A stretch of 63,025 bases of DNA, counting the filler, from Rhabdomonas costata (lineage: Eukaryota): the NCBI GenBank assembly GCA_019059605.1. It is 26 parts of 26 records of this genome, joined end to end, with 100 filler letters (N's around TTAATTAATTAA, not from the genome) between each part and the next. Parts side by side here need not be neighbours in the genome. Positions count along the whole stretch, not along the records: positions 48,566 to 50,892 come from JAHMHO010004013.1; positions 50,993 to 53,319 come from JAHMHO010004014.1; positions 53,420 to 55,745 come from JAHMHO010004015.1; positions 55,846 to 58,171 come from JAHMHO010004016.1; positions 58,272 to 60,599 come from JAHMHO010004017.1; positions 60,700 to 63,025 come from JAHMHO010004018.1; 20 more parts are not named here. One strand, written 5' to 3'. Positions 49,104 to 61,296 of this stretch are shown here, one piece after another; the stretch's first letter is position 1; each line of letters opens with the position of its first letter. The position numbers and the translations under genes are program-made. Under the pieces are notes generated by a model. The model saw only the letters and a list, made by a program, of their open reading frames with translations, made no database searches and was not told the DNA's origin.

Positions 49104-50133
49104 TCAGCCCTCGCCCCATGGACACCGCATGAACTGCATCCGCGCCACCAGAGCCAGGTGGTCCGAGGGGTACCGCTTGCCAGGCAGCCGAGTCTCTTCC
49201 AGTTCCTCCGGAGGTTGCAAAAGCTCCACAGGCTGCAGCCCGCTAGAGTACCAGATGTAGTCTATCATGTGGCGCACCTCCAGAGGGCCGCGAATCTTCC
49301 ACGTCGAGTATGCGGGGTCACTCTCGTGCTGGGGTAAGGGGTAGGCGCTGTGCAACACGGGATTGCTCCACCGCTGCACCGCGGGGACGCAGGTCGCCGT
49401 GACCTTGGGAACGCTGAATGGGTCCGTGTTGAAGTCGCCCAGCACAAGCACGTACTCTAGAGTCCCTGCGCCGGTCAGAGCATAAGGGATGCATCCCACG
49501 GCAATGGAGTGAGGTCAGGAAACGGCTTTCAAGGAAGCAAAAAGAAAAGGCGCGTGAAAATGCGACTGTATCCGAAGTGAATTGCTGGTTATGCTGAACC
49601 ACAAACACATGTATTTGCTGGACAAACTGTTCGACCGATGCACATGATGACGCGACACTATGCAGAACAAAGACCTCCGCGATTGTACACACCTGAGTTC
49701 TCAAAAACGAATAAGGTATGCGAGTAAAAATAGAGACAATGCAAAGGAAAGAGTGGCGGTTGGAGACGTCATGGAAAGAAAGGAGGGGGAGGAGTTGAGG
49801 CCAACAGACCCAGCTCCGGAAGCTTGCCAAGCAGGTGCACTATGTCCGTCTCCCGGACCCGCTCGCTCTCTGGGCTGGCCTTGGCCTTGAGGTGGGTCGC
49901 CGCCACAACTACCTCCCGGCCTGAGGGCAGGTGGCTTAGGCGGACCACAACGTAGGGCCGATTGCCGCCAGGAGGGAAGTACTCCAGTTTCTGCCGAACC
50001 ACTCGAAATAATGAAGCCTTCCAGAACAGCGCCACCCCATCGGAGTACCAGCCTAGGGCCGTGGCCGGAGTATCCTTCTTGGGCAGGAACACTCCTTGGT
50101 ACCCCTCCGCGGCCAGCACGGGCTGGAAGAAGT
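49104..50133 (-). CDS. NOCT: Nocturnin (CCR4-like EEP family phosphatase), last two exons
   Basis: DFFQPVLAAEGYQGVFLPK..SDGVALFW, ATHLKAK, GDFN, YSTWKIR, IDYIWYS and RLP..YPSDHLAL. Confidence 0.88.
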
Positions 50134-50992
50134 CTAAAGAAGAGAGAATTTGTGACAGGTGCATCTTCTAAAGCTTCTGAGATGGATCCCAGGAGTTGAC
50201 GTTCACTCTCCCACTCCTAACCACTACCAGCTCACCTCTTATGGAATGTCTCAAGGCTTCATCCGCTTCATCGTTCCACACTGCTGGAAGTGAAACCGTA
50301 ATGCCGGCACCAAAGCTTCATAACTGGAGAAACATGACGTGCTCATGGGTCTTCCGACTGCAGTGCGTATACTGACGAGGAGTGCTCTCAAGCAGGCGTG
50401 CAATAGATGTTTTGGGCGGAGCCCTGCCTCCGCGGAGTCGTCACCATTCAAACCTCGCAAAGCAGATTCCAAGGATTCCAAGAATCTCCTTTGCGTTTTG
50501 TGCTAATAAACTTCCACCATAAACTGAGCGCTTCACACTTAGATAGGGATTCCCACTCGCACAAGTCAAGCTCCATGCAGGACTGTCGAAAAATACACCA
50601 GACGGGTGAAGCAGCTAACAAAACGAGATCAAAACGACCACAGAACGCCAACTTGTCTTTAACTATACAGGTCCCCCAACATTAGAGATGGCTGCTAAAG
50701 AAAACGCATCGAATTCCTTGAAAATAGACCTCGCATAAATTTACACCACAAGCTCCTCTTCAGAAATAACGAGCGATCTCGACGAAAAAAGAAATGTCAC
50801 CCCACCTCCTTCCTCATATGATCAAGCATCCCACTGCAGAGTACACTGCAAACCAAGGCCAGGGCTTACCACCACCCCACAAGCCCAACACANNNNNNNN
50901 NNNNNNNNNNNNNNNNNNNNNNNNNNNNNNNNNNNNTTAATTAATTAANNNNNNNNNNNNNNNNNNNNNNNNNNNNNNNNNNNNNNNNNNNN

Positions 50993-53319
50993 ATGGGCTC
51001 GCTTCTTTCTGCAACCAAACGACCTCCAGCCGTGTTGACGCCTGGGTCATTTGTGGTGTTGCTCCCCTCCTCCACTGCTATTCTGGAGCCATGGGGCACA
51101 ACCCCGACCCTTTCCGTACTTGAGAATTATGTGGAAGCTCTGGAACAACTTCTTCCGGTCTTCCAACATCCCGGTGGTTGGGCACGTAATTCTGAAAGAA
51201 TCCACTGCTGGAAGCGCCTGAATGTCGTAAATCATTCCGCCTCTCCAAACCTTTACACACCTACGCTTCCAATCAGTCTGTGGCTGAAGCCTCGTCAAAA
51301 TCGGATAGCTCAGTACCACTGGAATTGCCGTTTGAATCACTCCCAAGAACAACTTAATCGGCATGGTACCTAATTTCCCTAAAATTCGCACAAAATGTGT
51401 CACGGGGAGTCCTTCTCCATTCGCTACTCTCACTGTGAGCCTTTGATGCAACGGGTACTTCTGCAAACGGAATCTCTGCACCACTTCTTGACTTACAAAC
51501 GAATCTGAAGCTCCGGAATCTAACAGCGCTCTTACCTGCGTATTCCCAATCCACAACGGAAGGAACATCAATGGCTGAGTGAGTGGATGGTTTGGAAGAT
51601 CAGAAAGTAACCCCACCCCTTCCATTACGTTCCTCTGGAATGGCAAGACGAACAACGGTATTCCATGCTCCTCTCCGAATACTGCTGACATTTGTCTCTG
51701 CACACCCCTCTGACATCTCCTCTGAAAGGTCTTCCGCCACCACACTCCACTCACACAACTCTGTGGAACTTCCTGGCTCCACTGACCACTTCCAAATCTT
51801 AGGCGAATGTACCCCCATTACTCTTAAGGAGATTTCTCCTTCTGCACCCAACACCGTCAATTGGTGGTTTTCGACCTCTCTGGAAACCTCTGAAAGTGAA
51901 TGGTGGCTCACAACCGCTAACTCAGCATTAGTTAGTCGTTGTCCGCACAACATTTCCAGCAATTCTTGTCTGCTCCGTACCGATTCCGGCTCTTCATTAT
52001 AACTCCTCTGATATTTCTGAACCAGTCCGGAACCGCTCCGCTCTGCATCGGACTTGAACACCATTAATGAGCGCGCTCGTGCATTTCTGGCTTACGGAAA
52101 CTGGTATGAGTCTCTGCCACCTTCGTCACCCTCTTCTTCACGACTTGCTTCACGCTTGCCTCTGGAGTGTTACTCTGAATCTCCTCTGGGGCTGCCTCCG
52201 GTGTCACTCTGCGTGAGGGGGCTTCGGGGATGCTCAACCTGATCAACTCTGGTTAATCTGAGCACAGGCTCTGGTGGTCTCTGCAAAATTCATAGCGCGA
52301 ATTTTCCTGGAGCTCTCTGCACAACACTTGAGCTGGCTGGCGTCCTGACTGTGGACAAAGTGGTCCTCTTAGGTGGGGCGGGAGTGGCCCGGTCTCCTGC
52401 CCCTCTAGTTTGACTGATTTACACTCTTCTGAAGTTCTCCAACTGACCCCTTCGGCACACTACTCTGAACCAACTCCGTTTTAGGCAGTTCACAATCCCT
52501 ATAAAAGTGGCTCGTACTTCCACAATACGTACACACTCTGGAAGTCACCTGCGGCTTTGCGTTCTCCAAACTTGAACTCGGAAAAGGTGACTGCTGCCTG
52601 ATCCATGTGGAAGTCGGGCTTGGGGATGGAGGCGGATAGACATCTACACTCATTGGAAACGAGGGAATTCTGGGTCTACCGCTTCTAGGCGGTGAAGATG
52701 ATCTGTAACCTCGTCCTCCTCTTCCCACGTATCCTCGACCTCTAACGCCAACATTCCTCTGGATGGAGTCACCCTCCTCTCTGGAGAAGGCGTATGCGTC
52801 GCATTAAATTGTGGCTGTGGAGTGGCGGAAAACATTACAGAACTCTCCGGAACTGTGGCTGCTATTGTTGGCGGTGTCGCCATTTCGAACAAATTTGCAC
52901 TTCTCTGCACCGCACTTACGTTAACCATACCTCTGGAAACTTTGGAATGTGCACCGCTGACATTTCTCTCTGTAGAGGTTAGAAAGGCCGTAATCCCCGA
53001 GAAAGGAGTGTACCCATAACGTATGACACATAAATCCATTGCCGCACCCCCCGCCGCGATTCCTCTCTGAACAGTGCCCTATGGAACCGCCATAATTACC
53101 TGTGGAGTGGGTCTCGGCTTTCTGAAATACTCCCAGGACCTATCCATTGCCTCTGTAAGGGTCCGTGGATTCTTCGCCATCACTTTGGCCTGGATGTCCC
53201 CTTCCAAACCTCTGACAAACGGATACTGCAAAAGAGTTTCGTTGTCAAACTTTGTCCCCTTCAACAGATTCATCCAGTTCACAAACTTCTGATGGTAGAA
53301 TTGGAAATTCCCCACCACC
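50993..53319 (-). mobile_element. Degenerate Ty3/gypsy LTR retrotransposon, gag-protease region
   Basis: Gag capsid-like FVRGLEGDIQAKVMAKNPRTLTEAM, CCHC knuckle CTYCGSTSHFYRDC and aspartic protease ALLDSGASDSFVS. Interrupted by stops and frameshifts. Confidence 0.92.
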
Positions 53320-53949
53320 NNNNNNNNNNNNNNNNNNNNNNNNNNNNNNNNNNNNNNNNNNNNTTAATTAATTAANNNNNNNNNNNNNNNNNNNNNNNNN
53401 NNNNNNNNNNNNNNNNNNNGGTTGTGGTGTTTGTCGTTTTGCTTTCGGGCACAAAGTTCTAGGCAACCCGAAAAGGTCCCCGCCCGCCCATAGAGACTGC
53501 CGTGCGCGCGCGAAAGACCGCCAGCAGCAATGGCTTGTAATAAGAAAAATAAGATTGCGACTACCATTACGGAGATACGACGCACAATATTGTGCGATCC
53601 AGGGAATGCCCGCACATTCGGGGTGCCAACCCGCAACAGCAACAGTTCCACAAACAAGGTCACAGGAGAGACGCTCGCTTATTATGGAAAAAACGGAACC
53701 CTAAAACACTAGAAGACAGATGGAAGAAACGTGAAAGAAACGTGGGTTGCTTGCTTTTGGCCCCCTCCCCCGCCCCGAAACACACCCACACCCACACACA
53801 CGAGAGGCACGGAAGGATGCTCACCGCTGCATAACCATTGTAACCGTTACCACTCACCTCCTAAACCCACCCTCTCCAACCAACACCTGGCAGGGAAGTG
53901 CTGCTGAAGGAGACAAGCCAGACCAGAGGAAAAAACGAGGGAAGCAGCT

Positions 53950-54761
53950 CACCTCCTCGTCGCTTTCGCAATCATGGGACAAATTGGCAGCCGGCTGCGT
54001 TGTCTCCTGAGGAAGAAAGCAATGATAAGAAGTATAGAAAGAAAAGATAGGTACTCAAAAAACACCAGCTTGTGTGCTCCAGTGTATGGAATCCCCCCCC
54101 CTCGAGAAAAATAAGGCACCAAATGATGGGTCTACGTTGACAGCAAAAAGTGACGCAAACTCAGGACATATTGGTGGAGGAGTAAATGACGTCTACCACC
54201 CATTGTCGCCGCAACGGTACCTCATCCACAAGCAGCAAAAAAAAGCAGGTACGGCCATTTCACCGTGGGCTGTCGCCAAAGGATCAAAGGGAAAGTTGTA
54301 TGTCACGCAGAGTATGCATGTGTGTGTCTTCAGGGAGGGGGGCGGGGAGCAGAATGAGGTGGCTTTGCTCGGTGGCAAGGACACATGCCTTAATGCGGAT
54401 GGAGCGCCCGCCGAACACCAGCATCTTGTCACCCGACACGACGGCGGAGTGGAAGGCGCGAAAGTCACCCCCTGCGCAGCCCCACAGCCATAGCAAACGG
54501 GTGGTCGAGGTTGATCAATGCCACTAGGGATGAATATAGACGGATCGTGCGGGGCCCGTTCAGCACAACAGTTCAAGAGGTTCGCTGCCCTTGTGCCAGA
54601 AAAAGGTGGCAGCCATTGGGGGCAATCCGGGGCAAGCGTGGTAAAAAGGGCAAAACAGGGCTCGACCCCTTCCTCAACCCACAAAACACGTTACCAGACC
54701 TGAGCCAGAGGTGTTGGCCTCGGCCCACGAGCCCTGCTCGACGTCGTACAGCAGAACATCC
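53950..54761 (-). CDS. Partial Kelch-repeat protein
   Basis: DVLLYDVEQGSWAEANTSGS|GGDFRAFHSAVVSGDKMLVFGG. Downstream exons are uncertain. Confidence 0.75.
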
Positions 54762-55845
54762 TTTTGTCGCGAAGCAAACAGCCAAAGAGTTACGAAACAC
54801 AAACAACAGAGTAAATTCTCAAGAAAAAGCGGCCCGTTTCCGCTGCCACGAGGGCAAGAAATCGCAGTATCCATTACTCACCCTACTGTTTAGAATAAAA
54901 AGGCTGCTGTCACTTGAGCGCGTGTTGGTAGCACCGATATCGAGGCAACTGCATTTTTTTGAGGTTCATGTTTCGGGACTTTGTGGATCTATTGGGACAG
55001 CATAAATTCAGGGACCGAGGCCAGCCGCTGCGAGGTGCAATATATTGACTGTGAGTTAATGGTGTTCAGCCATTAACACAGTAAAACAACTTGACAAAAC
55101 TCAATTCAAAACAAAACCTCTTCACAGTAAAAAAATGGTAATTAACTCAGTATCTTTCTTGAACTCGCAGCCGAAGACCTGGATTGACGCTAACTCACAG
55201 TATCCCCCCCCCAATGTTCCGGCACCATAATCTCCCTTTGCTCACATGTGCAGTCTACACAATGCTTAAAATAAGATCGATTTTAGCATAAAGTATGAGC
55301 TCAAAATAGGCAAAAACAGGCATTAGAGACTGAAAATTAGAAGTGTCTCTTCAACCTCGCCCCCCGATCCCCAAAAAGTCAATGTTGAGATAGGTCTATG
55401 GTATGCGCGAAGTTTTTGTTCCAACAATGAACCTTGAGGGGAAGGGGAGACCATGCCATTTTTGGATCCTTTTTGTTTTGAGATTTGTCATTTCATTTCG
55501 TGTATTGAAGGGAGTCATTTTTCGGGCACGGGGATACGGTGAAGTGCTTGTACCCACCAGGTGATGTATAATGGCCGAAAGGGGATCTGTATACTGTGCC
55601 ACTTCCTCCAATTGTTAATTTTTAAAAAATATTCGACCGCCGAGCGATGTTAAACGTGTAACGGCCTGTCATCATCCTTTCTGATCCATGAATGCTGCAC
55701 ATCTGAATACAGCTACGAGCTCGCCGGAAGGAATTCAACACAAAANNNNNNNNNNNNNNNNNNNNNNNNNNNNNNNNNNNNNNNNNNNNTTAATTAATTA
55801 ANNNNNNNNNNNNNNNNNNNNNNNNNNNNNNNNNNNNNNNNNNNN

Positions 55846-56325
55846 TGTGTTGTTGGGGCATGCCGTAGTCTGCCAAAAGTCCGGCGCTATCGGCCGACCA
55901 CTCTTTCCTGCGCGAAGTCATGTTCGAGGTCTGTTCAATCGCTGGTCTCGCCACTGACAAGGAGCAACGCCTGCCACGACACCTTGAGCTGAGGCGCGCG
56001 GATCTGCTGATCCGCAACTGGTGACCCGGCAGCGACCTGGCTTTGGACCCCATAGTAGTCTCTCCAACGCTTCAATGCGACCCGGTGCACATTTCGGAGT
56101 CGAGCTGCTACCCTCGCCTCGATGCCGCTGCGGCCGCCAAAGACCGGCGCTATGCTTTGCTTTGCGAGGAGGCAGGGTGGGGGTACCGGGCATTTCCCGT
56201 CGACACCTTCGGCGCCCTTCACTCCGACAGCCGCCGCTTCGTGAGCAGGCTAATAACACGGGCTACTAAGGCTAATAATCCGTTTGCCGACCTCTCGCGG
56301 AGTGCCTCTGCCATCTGGCGGGCCG
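55846..56325 (+). mobile_element. Non-LTR retrotransposon 3' fragment with restriction-like endonuclease (CRE/R2 type), inactivated
   Basis: KEQ...RRADLLIRNW*PGSDLALD...AAAAKDRRY...GWGYRAFPVDTFGAL, with in-frame stops. Confidence 0.85.
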
Positions 56326-59300
56326 AGGCGTGGGAGAGGTTGAAGTGCCCTGTTCCTCTCCTCGTCGGCAGCGTCGGTGCCAACTCTCGCAGAGTCCTCC
56401 CCGCCGAGCGGCGGGCATGGGGAAAGATTGTCCAGAATGCGGACATTCATTCGCTCTCCTGTCCGCGGCAGCGCCCCCGTGAGGCTACCCCGGGCACTTC
56501 AGACAGGGGCAGCGTGCCGTGCGGCCTAGCCCCACGTGAGGGGAGCGACAGGGCGTTATGCTGCCCTTCTCCGGACTTCCCGTGGAACGCGGGGGCTCCG
56601 GAAACTCCGGAAACAGCGGAGCCCGTGTGCCACTAAAATGTTGTTAGACGTTTTCAAATGTGTTGACCCCGGATTCTCGCCGCGGTCCTTCGGCCTCTTT
56701 TCTGTCCTTTTCCTGTTTGCCATATGACGCCCGAAGAACCCCACTGCAGCATTTTGCCGCTCCCAAGGACTTCTTATACCCTCTTTGCCCAAGAGCCATG
56801 TTTTTTCAGCCCACATGACTTTGATCCCTGCGTGTGTCTCCTGCTACGCTGCTTTTTTCTGTTCTCCCCCACGTGCCCCTTGTAAATATGTTCTTTCCTT
56901 GGCTATATCAATGCCTCGTGCGCCGTGACCTTTCCACAAAAGCTAGGCGCATTCCTGGGATAGGGGGGGGGATCCAGAACTTTAATGATTCGGGTTTCGG
57001 TTTAAGTAATATGTTGTTCATAGCGAAGTGTGCCCAGCAAACTCCAGTCCTTACGGGAGCCTTCAAAACACCACACACAAAAAGAAGACCAATAGTGATG
57101 ATTCCCTGCAAGAAAGCATATCTGAGAGTGAGCGAGATGGCCCATCAGTGAGCGGTAACTGTAAGAAAGCGGAAATGGGATGACATTGAACTTCCAGTCA
57201 AAAAGGAGACTACTAAAAGTATGTTGAGCTAGAAGAGAGAGAGATCAATAGAAATCTGGCATTAATACTGCGCGAGAAACATGGGTTGGGCCTGGAGACA
57301 GAAATCTCCACTATGCCCGAGAATTTTGAGCTATTGCACCATCAAGCAAGCAGATCAGGGCTTCCGCGCCGCACTGCAAATTCTGTTGAGCTGGACAAGG
57401 CGCTCTCTCTTCCCTCCTTTTTGTGGTGGGATACTGGAATTACAGGGAAGGAGTTCAGAAGCAGCCCATCGGTCAACCCCATTTCAAGGGAAGAGAAATC
57501 CACACATCAAACCAAACAAAAGGTCCCGGCATCCGCGGCGCAGTCTTTCCCTCTCTGCCACTTCGTTCGTTCGACGGGAGTGACCCACACAAAGGTTGCG
57601 AGAGAGAGACTGAAAGATGGAGAAAGGGATGCTTCTCACAGGGCCGCCCAGCGGTGCCCAAGAGAGGAGGACGTGCATATATTACACAGCGCAGGCCATG
57701 CACAACACCCACGCCCACAAACAGAAGCCGCGAAGAAACACCCACATACTGGCACTCCAAAGACAGCCCCCCGTCTCTCCATCCAAAGCAAGTCCACAAC
57801 GCACGAAGACAAAAGCTATTCTTCGGTGGGAAGTGGGGTTGGTGGAGGGTTGGGGGACAGAGGTAGAGGCACATGCTGGTTTGTTTTTGAGGAGAGGGTC
57901 CCAACGGAAGAGCAATGCGATGACAAAAGGAAAGTCATCTGGGGCGATGGCCAGACCAACGGCAGCTGCAGCACACAGGGAAAAAATGCACATCAGAGGA
58001 CATCACGCAAAGAGGGGGTGAGGAGGAAAGATACCATAAAAAGCTCACCAGGAAAGGTACGGCGCAGTGGAAAAAAAGAATAAACAGAGAGAGTGGGGCA
58101 CCTACAACGGATGTGAGCAATGGTGGTGGCGATAGGTATGGGGAAGTGGATACGCGCCCTCCAAAACACACNNNNNNNNNNNNNNNNNNNNNNNNNNNNN
58201 NNNNNNNNNNNNNNNTTAATTAATTAANNNNNNNNNNNNNNNNNNNNNNNNNNNNNNNNNNNNNNNNNNNNGGGTGTGGGGTTGTAGTTCCGAAACCTAA
58301 CCAACTTTAGAAACTACAAACACACATTCACCTCGCTCACTCCACGGCAATTGTGGAAAAACTCGCACTGGTGGTTTCGCAGTGTACAACAAAAGCAATT
58401 GCGCCACCACTACAATTCGACTACAATTCGTGACGTGTCAGTCATTAAATAGGTCGTTAAGCAGCAAGATATTTACATTAAGTAGGTAGTCGGTATCAAT
58501 TACTCTTGCTACTCCAGAGTTTAGTGCTTCTAGTCCAAACCATTACGCGTGGAATACATGCCGGTTGGTAAGTCAAAGGCCACTTCTGTGTAAATAAGCG
58601 CAATCTCTCAAGCTCATTGATCACATATTCTGCACTTTTCAGGTCAAAACCTGAGACAAGTGCGGTGCATCGGCGCGGCAAAATAGCTCCGCTGCTGATG
58701 CATTTTAGCTGTATCCAAACGAGAAATGAAACGCAATATGCAATTTGACGAAACAACATTTGACACCAACGGATATGCAACAATGTCGACTGCGAAGGAT
58801 TAGGACCTCGGAGTGAAAACGGCGGACCGCCGGTGATTTTTGGTAGGTATGACTACCAAAAAAAGATAAGAAGAGAGAGGAGAGAACAATAAAATATACC
58901 ATTTGGTTTCAAGACAAAATAAGCCCACAAACACCTACATAGAGCGCACAAAAGCATATAAGAAAACCTTTCTTTTGGTTTTGTCCCGTTGTTACACTTA
59001 TCTCTCTCGCTCATTTGGGGCCTAAATAGACTTGCAAAAGACCAGGGCAAAGGCAAAAATCGCGGTGACCACCAAAGTGGTGCACAGCTTCCCACAAAGC
59101 ACGAAGCCAACCAACGGCACAGCCAAATATCAATGAGGAACAGCTTTGGCATTGAAATGGCGGCGTTTTGTGACGATCCATTTTTGAGTATTGGACCAGG
59201 TTCAAATCCCTATGTCTTGGTTTCCAAGAAGTTTTCGGCAGTTTCGGGCAAAAAACCAAACGGGGGGGGGAAGTGCGGCGCAACAACAGCGCAAGTGCGG

Positions 59301-59940
59301 GTGCTGCGGCATGTGTGGATGCGCGAAACAGTAAACATTACCAGCGGCACGCAAGATGACGTAAGAGGTCATTTCTCCGGTGAAAGGGCAAAAGACCCAG
59401 CCAAAACTCTGCATCGTTTCCCTGCGCGGGTGAAGGGCTTTAGGGTTAATTTAAAGACACCTTTTAGACTGAGAGTGGCAGAAAGTGTGCATTTTGAGAA
59501 AGAAATGACCCCCGCCCCGTTTTCGGCTAGGAGGCATGGCGGGAATTTTCTGCGCCGCAGGTAATCACGATCGACCTGATCTCAAACACCTCAAAGGGAT
59601 ATTTCTTCCGTGAAATTATTACAGGACATGGCTCTTTACGTTGCTTCGAACTAGGGTTTCGGACCGGTAGGAGTCATGAGGGGCAGGGGACGCAGATTCC
59701 AGCTGGCAGGGTATACCCTTCCCTAGCCCTGGCGGTGCTGAAGGACATTCTTAGTTCTGTATGGTGGAATTTAAGCGAACTGAACGCCTGCGTTGTGGCA
59801 GGTGTTGGGAGAGCGTTCGCGACAACCAGCAAGTCGAACGAGATCGAAATCAGCTATTGCCCGGAGTACATCCTGTTCGTTGAAGTAGGTTTAGCTTCAT
59901 CCTCAAAGTAAACTGTGAAAATATGTCTTTTGGTAGGCAG

Positions 59941-60590
59941 CGTAACGAACGTAGTGAGAGCGTCGCCGGAGGCGGTCTTCTCTTTAACCCCTCTCTACGT
60001 GCCCCCAAGTCGAGGATGCATCATGTATCGGGTATCTGGGTTAGGCATGAAGGCATGAGTGCGTAGCGGTCATGCCGTAATAGAGAGTAGAAGGCATCTT
60101 CTTCATCTTCTCTAGCACCGCAGGTTGGGTGAGTGGAAGCGGCCTATGCCGGTGGAACTAACAAGCATCAGAGGAAGGATTCGAAGACCTGAGAATCCTG
60201 ACGTCTGGAGCAAATGAGCTGATGCGAATGAGCGACCAAGGAACAAACGAGCGGGTAGCGAGTGAGAGACAGAATACCAATACCACTACAACAGGAGAGA
60301 ACATGAGCGCAGCGATTGTGACCGACAGAGTGAACAGGAGACATGAACGCAGTGAATGTCGAGTGTGAACCGTGATCAACAGAACGTATGCAGAGGAGAC
60401 ATGATTTCGAGCGCCAGCGAGAATGAATGTCGACGTCAGGAGGAACATGAGCGAGTGCTACGAGCTATTGTGACGAGGAGGGAAGGTAGCGACGACCGAG
60501 AGACAGAATACTGAATACTCCCTTGATGAGAGACACGAACAGGAGGCACGAACTGAGTGAGAGCCGAGTGTGAGAGTCGAACCAACCACC
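59941..60590 (+). repeat. Dispersed repeat related to the core of the 31574-33902 foldback element
   Basis: The 19-mer at 60004-60022 is the reverse complement of 32086-32104. Further collinear matches: agtagaaggcatc, gcaccgcaggt and the shared aacgaacgYagtgag motif. Confidence 0.75.
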
Positions 60591-60847
60591 CAAACCACAN
60601 NNNNNNNNNNNNNNNNNNNNNNNNNNNNNNNNNNNNNNNNNNNTTAATTAATTAANNNNNNNNNNNNNNNNNNNNNNNNNNNNNNNNNNNNNNNNNNNNG
60701 TGTGTTCGTAATTAGCTGTGGATGTGGATAACCTGGTTCGGCAGACGTGTGCAAGCAGCGGCTCTGAGTCTGTTTTCGACTCAGTGCTGGGCTGCAGCTG
60801 GTCTCACGGAAGCGGCTTTCCCCCGTTTTTTGTCTGACTTTCCTTAG

Positions 60848-61296
60848 ACGTGGGTCTGGTTCCCACGGATGGCGACTACCACTTCCACTTCCTCCCGGAG
60901 CCCATTGGGACTCAGACGGCGATGGTTTTCCAGGTAAAGGCTGCGAACGACGCCCACGTTCTGCTCAGCAGCAAACCCTCCGATGACAAGGCGGCTGACC
61001 TGTACGAGATTGTGCTTGGCGGGTGGAGTAATACCAAGTCAGCCATCCGGAAATCAAAGCAGGGCTCCAACTTGGCTTCTGCGGACACAACTGGCTTTTT
61101 GAACAAAGATGAGTTCCGGCTGTTCTGGGTGTGCTGGGCCCACGGAAGGATCTCTGTGGGCAAGGGTAACGTTGTCAAGCAGCAGGAGTTCATGAGCTAT
61201 GCGGATCCCTCTGCGACAGCGGTGCGACACGTCGCCTTTGCCACAGGCCTGGGGGCTAGCGGGTTGTGGAGAATGAAAGACAGCAAGACCATCTGA
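60848..61296 (+). CDS. Terminal exon encoding a farnesoic-acid O-methyltransferase-like (Methyltransf_FA) domain
   Basis: FQVKAANDAHVLLS, YEIVLGGWSNTKSAIRK, EFRLFWVCW, ISVGKG and FMSYADP...VAFATG. Preceded by acceptor ccttag. Confidence 0.9.

Noticed and set aside
41317-50133. Functional cluster of cyclase, GST, ThiE and nocturnin
   Set aside because: Each gene is on a separate contig, and the order reflects contig length only.
57286-58083. 265-aa ORF
   Set aside because: Low-complexity, no domain, several overlapping ORFs of similar quality, and no consistent codon bias.
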